Source of the DNA: Candidatus Kapaibacterium sp.
Lineage (GTDB): Bacteria > Bacteroidota > Ignavibacteria > Kapaibacteriales > UBA2268
Length of the DNA stretch: 64,000 nt
Direction of reading: 5' to 3'
Assembly: GCA_963664875.1 (NCBI GenBank)
Contig: OY761611.1
Span: forward strand, 1,344,001 to 1,408,000
The notes under the pieces were generated by a model. The model did not search any database. It had not been told where the DNA came from and was given only the letters and a program-made list of their open reading frames with translations. Positions within the stretch are counted from its first letter, which is position 1. The number at the start of each line of letters is the position of its first letter. The translations under genes were made by a program, and so were the position numbers. Positions 10,492 through 20,000 of this stretch are shown piece by piece.

Positions 10492-13305
10492 TTACGCAGC
10501 CAAAGCCTCATTGAGTTCATCAATAATTTTTAGCATCTCATCACCGAACAGTTGATACATCATGCCTCTGCCACCTTTTGCATCAAACGGAGTATAATCA
10601 AGGTCATCCAATTCGATATGGTAAGAGCTAACGACATGGTCTTTAATCATTCGCAGCCAATCCATTTGCTCAGGTGTGAAGCGGTTATGTTGCCCTGCAT
10701 TCTGTTGGAATATCCACTTTTTGAAATTATCATCAACTGTTTTATCATAAGGATTTAGTTCCTTATCTATACCACACGCACGGCGGATAAGTGAAACAAG
10801 GGCTGTTAGCTCATCTTTCGGTCTGTTATGTTTGACCTTTTCAATAGTTGCATAAGCATTCCAAACATATTCAGGAGCGAGTTTAGGTTTCGCACTTCTT
10901 AGCTTACTAAGCACCTCCTGAAGCATTTTAAAGGTAATCTCCCGTCTATTATAAGGCTGATTATAAAATATGCTCAGAGCTTTTATTTCGTCCTTGTTCT
11001 GTTCCAAATATTCCGTAAAATCCTTAATAGTTTCTGCGGCAGTTTCTTTGGTGAAGCTGTCCCATTCGGATTTTGTAACTGTATCAATGTTCACATGGTC
11101 GATAATCTGTTCGTGCTCTTTCCTAATGTTTTCTATTTTATCATTCAGTTTGCCATTGAAGTTTTTAGCAGCTTCACGAATCAAATTTTCCTGCACTTCC
11201 TTTTTAGTATCTTCAATTAGCTTAGGCGTTCGTTCCTCTTCAGGGATAGAAGCAATCTTTTCGTTTGTAAGATTTTCAATCACATCAACATCATAAGCCT
11301 TGATGAGATCCTGCGAAATCTGTTTCAGGTCTTTACCACCAGTATGTTCAATCAGTTCCATTCTTTCATTTTCTGTGAGTTGCTTATCTAATCTGACAAG
11401 CCGATTGGCAAGTGACAGGAACAAATCCTCGTCAATATGTCCCACAGTTACAGCACCTAAAAGATCTTTCATCGGCACAGATGGCTTACGTTCGAGTGGT
11501 CTGCTGTCAGTTTTTTTAGATTTAGTAGCACCAATAGCATCAACTATAACGAAGTGTGTTTTATGGTTTGCCGTGCTTGAGACTTGTTTTAATAACTCAT
11601 TATCAATTGTCCGTGTGCCACGACCTTTCATCTGTTCAAAGTAATTGACCGACTTAACATCACGCATAAACAGAAGAACTTCTAACGGCTTAACATCAGT
11701 GCCTGTGGCAATCATATCAACAGTAACTGCAATACGAGGGTTATAAGAATTTCGAAATCTGTTTAGTAAAGATTTTGGGTCTTCGTCAATTTTGTAAGTT
11801 ATCTTTTTACAGAAGTCATTGCCGTTATCAAATTCTTCACGGACAATACTTATTATATCATCTGCATGTGAATCAGTTTTAGCAAAAATCAGAGTCTTAG
11901 GAACCTCATACTCACCATTCTTATCGATACGATTTGGGAATATTTCCTTTTGAAGTGCACTCTTAAATTCTCTTATAATATTTCTTATCTGACTTGGGTT
12001 AACCACCTTTTTATCTAAATCATTTCTTGCATATTCTGTATCTTCATCTTCCTGCTGCCAACGTCTCTGACGTGTAAGTTTATCTCGCCTGTCAACAAAC
12101 CACCCTGCCTTAATCACATCACCGTTTTTAGATATTTCTGTTTCAATTGTATAAACATCATAAGGCACATTAACACCATCAAGAACAGATTGTTCATAGG
12201 TATATTGGCTGACAACGTTTTCGTTAAAGAAACCAAAAGTCCGTTTATCGGGTGTGGCAGTAAGTCCAATTAGGAATGCGTCGAAGTAGTCAAGCACCTG
12301 TTTCCAAAGATTATAGATGGAACGGTGACACTCATCAACCACTATAAAATCAAACTGCTCAATAGGTACTTTAGCAGAGTATTCTACAGGAAGTGCTTTC
12401 TTTTTCGAGGTTTGTTTCTGCAACCAAGTGCTTTCATTAGGATTATCCATTTCAGCAGAGTCTTCTAAATCCTCTCCCTTAAGAATGGAATACAAGCGTT
12501 GTATAGTGGAAATACATACTTGGCTATCGTCAGAAATAAAGCTTGAAGATAATCTCTGCACATTGTATAATTCTGTAAACTTACGGTTGTCATCATTCGG
12601 CTTAAAGTTCATAAACTCTTGCTCTGCTTGCTCACCCAAGTTTTTTGTATCCACAAGGAAAAGGATTCTCTTTGCATTGGCGTGTTTTAAGAGACGATAT
12701 ACAAAAGTACAAGCAGTAAAAGTCTTACCGGCACCTGTAGCCATTTGAATAAGAGCTTTGGGTCTATTCTTTTTGAAAGATTCTTCTAAATTATTGACAG
12801 CTTCAATTTGTGCAGGTCGCAATCCATCAGTGATCAATTCAGGTACATCCAGTAAACGAGTGCGAAGCGTTTTCTCCTGCTTCAGCCACTCTGCAAAAGT
12901 AGATGGTTTATGAAAGCTAAATACTTCTCTTGCCCGTGGTTTTGGGTCTCTATAATCTGTAAAATGTGTTCGAAGTCCTGTAGATTCATATACAAACGGT
13001 AAGGGTTCATTATCAAGATATTTAAGTTTGGCATTAGCATATCGGGTTGATTGCTCTTCCACAGTAGTAAGCTTGTGACCAGAGTCGTAAGGTTTTGCTT
13101 CAATTACACCAACAGGTTTGCTATCAACAAACAACACATAATCAGCAGGTCCGACATCAGTCTGATACTCTCTAACAGCCACACCATTGTTAGCGTGCAA
13201 GTTTATATCATCTTTTGATTGTACAAACCAACCTGCTTGAGATAACATAGAATCTATTTTGTCTCTTGCAATTTGCTCAGGATTTTGATTTACATTTTGT
13301 GGCAT
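10492..13305 (-). CDS. hsdR: Type I restriction enzyme subunit R (EcoEI/type IB-like)
   Basis: ADY...IEAK nuclease motif, MATGAGKT, DECH and QMKGRGTR helicase motifs; likely start MPQNVNQNPEQ (ORF track 13485). Confidence 0.95.
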   Translation of the reverse strand: MPQNVNQNPEQIARDKIDSMLSQAGWFVQSKDDINLHANNGVAVREYQTDVGPADYVLFVDSKPVGVIEAKPYDSGHKLTTVEEQSTRYANAKLKYLDNEPLPFVYESTGLRTHFTDYRDPKPRAREVFSFHKPSTFAEWLKQEKTLRTRLLDVPELITDGLRPAQIEAVNNLEESFKKNRPKALIQMATGAGKTFTACTFVYRLLKHANAKRILFLVDTKNLGEQAEQEFMNFKPNDDNRKFTELYNVQRLSSSFISDDSQVCISTIQRLYSILKGEDLEDSAEMDNPNESTWLQKQTSKKKALPVEYSAKVPIEQFDFIVVDECHRSIYNLWKQVLDYFDAFLIGLTATPDKRTFGFFNENVVSQYTYEQSVLDGVNVPYDVYTIETEISKNGDVIKAGWFVDRRDKLTRQRRWQQEDEDTEYARNDLDKKVVNPSQIRNIIREFKSALQKEIFPNRIDKNGEYEVPKTLIFAKTDSHADDIISIVREEFDNGNDFCKKITYKIDEDPKSLLNRFRNSYNPRIAVTVDMIATGTDVKPLEVLLFMRDVKSVNYFEQMKGRGTRTIDNELLKQVSSTANHKTHFVIVDAIGATKSKKTDSRPLERKPSVPMKDLLGAVTVGHIDEDLFLSLANRLVRLDKQLTENERMELIEHTGGKDLKQISQDLIKAYDVDVIENLTNEKIASIPEEERTPKLIEDTKKEVQENLIREAAKNFNGKLNDKIENIRKEHEQIIDHVNIDTVTKSEWDSFTKETAAETIKDFTEYLEQNKDEIKALSIFYNQPYNRREITFKMLQEVLSKLRSAKPKLAPEYVWNAYATIEKVKHNRPKDELTALVSLIRRACGIDKELNPYDKTVDDNFKKWIFQQNAGQHNRFTPEQMDWLRMIKDHVVSSYHIELDDLDYTPFDAKGGRGMMYQLFGDEMLKIIDELNEALAA

Positions 13306-13548
13306 ATTAAGCATTGCTAAAGCATTTGTATTATGATACTTACATTTTATATTAGAATGTTTTTGACTTGCCTTACAAAAAGAACATGTTAAAAAACACA
13401 AAAGACAAGTCGTAATATAATATATCAATCTTAATATACTAATACTAAATGAAGTACACAAACGAAACATGACAGAGACTGACATATTTTATTCATTAGT
13501 ATGTATTTTTGTAACGAATTTCAATTTTTGACGTATTATTTAGATATA

Positions 13549-13674
13549 GTATCAAGAACACTTTAAGTAGTGTGCCAACCGAGCAAGGTAGCCACGGTGG
13601 CAAATGGATACGGCTTTTAAGCAAAAAAGTCCGCTACTTGATACTCCATTTGTATAATCTTGGAGAGAGAAATC
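13549..13674 (+). promoter_or_regulatory. Conserved structured 5' leader, copy A
   Basis: Homologous to the reverse complement of 33016-33132; GTATCAAG/CTTGATAC closing stem; CTCC/GGAG hairpin over the RBS. Confidence 0.65.
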
Positions 13675-13947
13675 ATGGCATCTACAAACAAAACCTTTCG
13701 AACCTTGACAATTCTGAAGATGTTCCTAAAAGGACTAAAATTGACAAAAAGAGAAATTTTGCTACAATTAGATTCTTCAGGTGATGATGTAACTCAGAGA
13801 ACTATTGAAAGAGATTTGCAAGTGCTTCAGGAGATGCAACTTGTTAATAGTTTTGAATCTTATGGTCAGGAAAAAGTTTGGGAAGCATGGGGATATGCAA
13901 AAAAAACAGTAGCAAACTCAAATTTATACATCTACGACAATATTTGA
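13675..13947 (+). CDS. Small HTH protein resembling the N-terminal domain of WYL/DeoR-type regulators (possibly truncated)
   Basis: VTQRTIERDLQVL HTH motif; GGAG RBS before ATG 13675. Confidence 0.55.
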   Translation: MASTNKTFRTLTILKMFLKGLKLTKREILLQLDSSGDDVTQRTIERDLQVLQEMQLVNSFESYGQEKVWEAWGYAKKTVANSNLYIYDNI

Positions 13948-13993
13948 CACTCATAGAAGTATATTTCAGCAATTATAATTTAAAAGAAAATCT

Positions 13994-15105
13994 ATGTTCA
14001 AAGAAATAAACAACAAAATCAAGCTAATAACCAACGACAAAAATTGGGTTGAGAGCGAAGCAATCGAACAACTTAAGCTTGTTTCTGAACTTGAAGGTGT
14101 TCAACAAGCTATTGGGCTTCCCGACATCCATTCAGGACCAGTAGGAGTTACCATAGCAACACAAAAGATTATTTATCCGCATTTAATTGGCAATGATGTG
14201 GGATGTGGAATGGCATTATTCAAACAGACCTAAAGAAATCTAAAATCAAAAGAGATAAGTGGGTCAGAAAGCTATCAGGCTTAGAGGATTCTTATGATGG
14301 AAATATAAATGCTATTATAGAAGAAGCAGGTGTTGAATCTACCGCATATGATTCTTCTATTGGTACAATTGGTGGTGGAAACCATTTTGCAGAGCTTCAA
14401 TCTATTGAAAAGGCTTTTGATGAAAACGCTCTTTTAGATTTAGGAGTTGATTCAAAGAATCTTGTATTATTAGTACATAGTGGTTCAAGAAGCCTTGGAT
14501 CTGCAATTTTTCAAGAATTTGCAGAAACAAACACTTCTACTGGGCTCAAAATAGAATCTGAAGAGGCAACTAAGTATCTTCAGCAACATGATAATGCGGT
14601 TCATTGGGCAAAACTAAGTAGAAAGCTGATTGCTGAAAGGTTTTTAGAACAGTTAGGTAGTTTTTCAAAGACGGTTTTAGATGTAGAACACAACTGTATT
14701 GCTAAAACAACTGTTGGTCATCAAGAATACTACTTACATAGAAAGGGTGCGGCTCGTTCAGACCTTGGTGCTGTTGTAATTGCAGGGTCTCGTGGTACAT
14801 ATAGCTACCTTGTGCTACCTATTGGTGGTCAGGAACAAAATCTTTTTTCACTTGCTCATGGTTCGGGTAGAAAGTGGAAACGTAAAAACGCTAAATCTAT
14901 CCTTGGTGATAAATATACAATTGATAAAATGCAACTCACCGAAATTGGAAGTGCCGTAATTTGTGAAGATAAAAATCTCTTATACGAAGAAGCACCACAG
15001 GCATACAAGAATATTGAGCATATAATTGCAGCATTGGCAGATGCAGGAATAATAAAAGTACTGGCTCAGCTCAAACCTATCATTACTTACAAAACAAGGA
15101 AATAG
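13994..15105 (+). pseudogene. rtcB: RtcB2-type RNA ligase, frameshifted near 14220
   Basis: ORF 13994-14233 (GLPDIH, GNDVGCGM) continues in 14203-15105 (GTIGGGNHFAE, HSGSR, HRKGA, HGSGR, EEAPQAYK); one base is missing at TTC AAA CAG ACC. Confidence 0.85.
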
Positions 15106-15107
15106 TT

Positions 15108-15758
15108 GTGCTCAGTGAGAAATTTAATGTATTGAGTATGCCTTCAACTCTACGTAGAATAAGAGGATTTGATGCAGTAAATAAAGTTGTAGAAAGTAAA
15201 TACAAGCAATTTAGTAGCATTATAAAAAAGCTCGATCAAGATATAAGCTTTGCTCATAGAAATACAAAAACACAAAGCGATGAAGAATGGCAGGATATTG
15301 TGCAATCAGTTAAGAAATTGAATGAAAGATTCCGCGAAATTAATGTCCTTATCAAAGATGAAGTAAAAAGGCAATATAAAGTCGCTGAGGCAAGAGTAAA
15401 TGATAATGATGATTGGGTTCGAGATTTTGAAATTGAATGGGAAATTGAATTTTATATAGGTGAGGATGATCCTGCCTATCAAGAAGATGATGATAATTAT
15501 ATAGCTCGTTTTTCCGACAGTTTGAGCTATGATTCTTCTGATAAATTGGATGATTATATTGAAGAATTCTATTATTCAAACAATTACGATCATAATGAAT
15601 TTAAAAATTTGTCAGATGACAAATCTGATTTAAACAGCTTTATACATACATTTATGCTGCATGAACTATATGATCATCAGCATCTGTCATTTGAAGAAAT
15701 CTCACGCATAAAGATTATATGGGTTGACTTCAAAACTATTTATCAATATTATAAATAA
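15108..15758 (+). CDS. Acidic hypothetical protein between rtcB and prfH
   Basis: 216-aa ORF closely packed between the two genes on the same strand. Confidence 0.7.
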   Translation: MLSEKFNVLSMPSTLRRIRGFDAVNKVVESKYKQFSSIIKKLDQDISFAHRNTKTQSDEEWQDIVQSVKKLNERFREINVLIKDEVKRQYKVAEARVNDNDDWVRDFEIEWEIEFYIGEDDPAYQEDDDNYIARFSDSLSYDSSDKLDDYIEEFYYSNNYDHNEFKNLSDDKSDLNSFIHTFMLHELYDHQHLSFEEISRIKIIWVDFKTIYQYYK

Positions 15759-15772
15759 ACGGAAATAAGAAT

Positions 15773-16396
15773 TTGAATTGGTTACAACTTACTGCAGGTA
15801 GATGTCCCGAAGAGTGTGCTTGGGTGGTAAATAAGGTTCTTAATGAAATTACTAAAGAAGCAGAGGGGTTTAAACTTAAGTTAGATATACTTGAAAAAGT
15901 CAGTGGACAGGAACGAGGCACTTTGAAATCAGCACTCCTAAGTATAGAAGGTGATAATTTAAAATCATTCTTGGAATCATGGACTGGTACTATTCTTTGG
16001 ATAGGACAAAGCCCTTACCGTAAAAACCATAAAAGAAAAAATTGGTATATCGGCGTTAATCGCTTGACAATGCCAAAGCCAACTGAATTTTCAGAGAATG
16101 ATATAAAATTTGAAACTACGCGTTCTTCAGGAGCGGGAGGACAGAATGTTAACAAGGTGGAAACAGCAGTCAGAGCAACTCATATCCCTTCGAATATATC
16201 CGTTTTAGCAAGTGAAGAACGCTCCCAACTAAGGAATAAAAGTCTTGCTCTCTCACGATTGTTTGATATGCTTAAACATATTGACGACAAGATGCAGTTG
16301 GATGCCGAAAGGGATCGTTGGTTAAATCATTGGGATTTGGAAAGGGGTAATCCAATCCGAACTTATGTTGGTGAAGGATTTAAAAGGAAGTCGTGA
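15773..16396 (+). CDS. prfH: Peptide chain release factor H
   Basis: WLQLTAGRCPEEC, SPYRKNHKRKNWY and SGAGGQNVNK (GGQ) motifs; next to rtcB. Confidence 0.93.
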   Translation: MNWLQLTAGRCPEECAWVVNKVLNEITKEAEGFKLKLDILEKVSGQERGTLKSALLSIEGDNLKSFLESWTGTILWIGQSPYRKNHKRKNWYIGVNRLTMPKPTEFSENDIKFETTRSSGAGGQNVNKVETAVRATHIPSNISVLASEERSQLRNKSLALSRLFDMLKHIDDKMQLDAERDRWLNHWDLERGNPIRTYVGEGFKRKS

Positions 16397-16477
16397 GGTT
16401 TTAAACTTCTAATATTTGGTTCGATTGGTGTAAGATTGCTGCCCCATGGTGACCAATTAGAATATTATTGATATTTC

Positions 16478-16890
16478 TGTAAACTACACCACCTATTTCG
16501 GTAAAAGAACTCCACTTTTCACCAAACTAAACATGGCACAAAAAATGATACTCCTCTAATCGATAATAATGATTACTGATATAGGGTATTGTGTATGGCT
16601 AACAAGAGTATTTCATTGATAGATATCAGACAAATTCTAAGAATGCACCACGAGCATCATTCCATGCGTAAAATAGAAAACTATCTTGGAGTTGCACGCA
16701 AAACCGTGTCAAAGTATATTATCTTGGCTCAATCAGCAACAATTACTTACCCTGATATTCAACACCTTTCTGATGAAGAGCTGTTAGCAATAATCTTAGA
16801 ACAGAAAAACTTGAAATGAGCAATTTTAATATCTTGAGTCACAGTTTGAAGACTTTAAAAAGAAGCCCAAAAAGACAGGTCTAAGCAAGT
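16478..16890 (+). pseudogene. IS21-family remnant (left end and truncated istA)
   Basis: ORF 16589-16819 MANKSISLIDIRQILRM...SMRKIENYLGVARKTVSKY resembles the IstA N-terminus; broken continuation YLESQFEDFKKKPKKTGLSK. Confidence 0.65.
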
Positions 16891-17018
16891 TTTTTTCAGG
16901 TGTAAAAATATAGAAGCAAATCAATCATATGAAAATAAATAAGAGATTGGTATTATTTACAGCAGATGACTGAGAAAAATCAAAATCCTTTACAATACAA
17001 AGATTGACCTGATTTAGC

Positions 17019-17053
17019 TAAAAAAAAGGGCTTACTCCCGTAGGATATAAGCC
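17019..17053 (-). terminator. Rho-independent terminator
   Basis: GGGCTTA/TAAGCCC stem with an A-tract on the left (U-tract on the minus strand), just after the large T9SS gene. Confidence 0.65.
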
Positions 17054-17080
17054 CGACTTATTGAGGTATGGAAATGCGAA

Positions 17081-20000
17081 TTAGTGAATTACAACAAAAG
17101 GAATTACTTTTGTTTCGCTTCCTGCCTGTATCACTAAATAATACTGACCTGAAATGAAACTGCTCGTATCAAACCCTTTGTAATGTACCCCTGATTTTTG
17201 ATTCCCTTCATTTTTATAGTATAGTACTGTTCCGTATTGATTCCTTATCTCAAACTCAACTTTTGCCGACTGAAGCAATGTATATTCTACTGAAAATTTG
17301 TCATCTGCAGGGTGTGGCATAGTTGAGACGCTCGACAATATAGGAGATGCAAAACTCATAGTTCTCATCTGCATACAACTACTTGTTAGCTCACTTACTT
17401 CAACAGGTTGGAAGTTAGCATCGTAATAGTGAATTTCCACTTTTAGTGTACTGTCTATAGGTTTCACCAAATCTGTTAAATGGTATGAGGTGCTGAAATC
17501 AAAAGGTGATGCAGATTTCGGGTCTCTAAACTCATAGTGCAATACAACACTCGGAGCCTCCATGTCAGAAACAATGACATAATAAATGTCAATCGGATCG
17601 ACAGGTGTTTGATTTTGTTCTACATCTATGCCATATTCACAGAAATTTCCTACAGGAATTGCCATAGCTGAAGGTTCAAAAATGTCATTATCCTGGAGTA
17701 GCTCCCAATGTCTTTCAAATTCATAAGAACAGAGAACATTACCGTCTTTGTCATAGAACACAATTCGATATTTTGAATCAAGTGCTCTTTGGAAATCAGC
17801 AGGATATGCAGTTGAAGATGATTCATTGATATAAACATCATTTATCTTAAGTAGGTTGCCTGACATATCATACTCTTCGATTTCGATTTTATCGAGCATA
17901 TATCCAATTTCATTCAATTCGATAGTTTTGAACCATAGAGCATTAGTGTGAGTACGTGGATAAGCTACCTGAAGTTCATCTATATGAGTATATAAATATA
18001 GTTCTTGTGCAGGATGTCTTGGATCAATAGGAAGACCATCTTTGATAGTGTATTTGTCACATAAATTACATGAATCAACTAATTCTTTAACGCATGCAAT
18101 ACTGTCATTTTCGTCTTTAAGGTAGAATTCGAATTTGACTTCTTCACCACAATAACAAAATTCAGCATAAATGCTACCATCACCGATTATATCTTCAGTT
18201 ATATCTTCTGTTGTTCCATCTTCTTTGACTGCTCTGATGCCGTATGAAGTATAACATGTAGAGTCAGGATTTACTTCCGCCATCACTTTCCAAGCACAAC
18301 CGCCTGTAGAATCACAATCAATATCAGATGATTCTAATGTAACAGGACTTAGGAATGAACAACAGTCATCAAAAGATCCGCTATCGATGAAATTTTCACA
18401 TTGTATTGTGTTATTAGCATCCGCAAAGCCTGCATATAACTGAAAATAATTAGTTCGACCTTCGTAAACGCACGTTGTAATGACATATTCTTCACCTGCG
18501 TGTAAATCGCCTTCGAATGAACAACGTCTTGCATCTTCATTCCATTGGAAACTCCATCTGTCATCCGGCACCCAATAACTCATATGTTTGTGAGTTAATT
18601 CATTTTCAAAAAGTAGTTGTAATGCAGTATAATCACAGTCACCTGTATTTTTTATTATTAAATGATAGCAATTATCTTGATATTGTCGCACTTCAACTTC
18701 AATATTCTCATTAATGCCATTGCATGTAACACAAGTTGTATCTTCCATTTCAGGTGTCTGTGCTAAATATTTTGCTTCAACTCCTATCATTTTACCTTGA
18801 CCGGGCAGCAAGTTTGCAGTAAATGCCTCGTTTTCTTTGATAACAGTGTCAATCATGTGATATAAATCAGGCTGTCTCCAAAATTTTGAATTCAGTTCGG
18901 AATTGTCGTAACCCAATTCCTTAATCTCATAATATCTACCGCTAAAGTAGTTAGGATTATTATCTGCTTTAAAGTTAATTGGTACTGATAATTGCCTACA
19001 ACCTAAGCGTTTCCACCAAAGGTCTTTCCAAAAGTCCGAAGAGTAGTATTGGTCGTTTTTATAAAGTTCACCACCATTCTGTACAAATTCATCAAATTCA
19101 GCAGCTGAAATGAAAATCATAGAATTTAGTGGAACTTCGCTATTCAAATATAACAGAGGATCAGTTCTTCTATTCTGAATACCAAGCACAAACTTATTGT
19201 TGTCAATATCGTTTTCGCTATATCTCATGAGAGTCAAATCAAAGAATGAAGAATCATAACTTTCTTTGACTACTGCATAATTACCTGTTGTTGGTTCCCA
19301 TATCTTTTTTGTAAATAGTTTTGTTGTATCAAACTCTATATAGTTATTCCATACATCAGTTGCAGAATAACGCTCGTCCCAATTTTGCCATTGCCTATAT
19401 CCCTTAGATAGAGAAGCGAAAGGACGTAAATCCATTATTTCGTCGCTCATTAAATCAAGGAAGGTATGTAATTTAACTAATTCAGATCTGATGCTCCGAG
19501 TTCCAATATAGACTCTATCTCTATCTATTCCTGCATATTGTGCAGTTGTATCTACATAAGAAAAACGAGTACTGTCAGTTTCTAAATTCCAAGTATCATA
19601 CTCTGAATTGATAAAATCGTCACCAACTTCTCTTGAAAGAAGAGGATATGAGGTAAACTTTGATGTATCGCCTATTCCAAGACGTAATTCCCTTTTTTGA
19701 CGGTCAACATCTGTTTGATGGTCTCCATCGTAAATAAACCCTTTACACCCTCTAATCATAGAGGAATGCCATTGCAAACGGAATTCTTCAGCTGTCTTGG
19801 CTCTGTATGTGTTCCAATTAAATATTGAATCAATTGTTGTCCCATTTTGCCATGGTGTTATTTCTGCACTATAAAATAAAGAGTAAATCCACCAATTCTT
19901 ATCAGAGTAAATTAGATTTTTTACGTTAGTATTTGGGTTATAATAATATCCGTAGAGTCTTGCCTCCCAAATAGGTTGTATATTGTTTTCAACACTAAAT

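Noticed and set aside
13572-13784. 70-aa ORF overlapping leader A and the HTH gene
   Set aside because: No RBS, overlaps a better-supported gene, and the homologous copy B has indels relative to it
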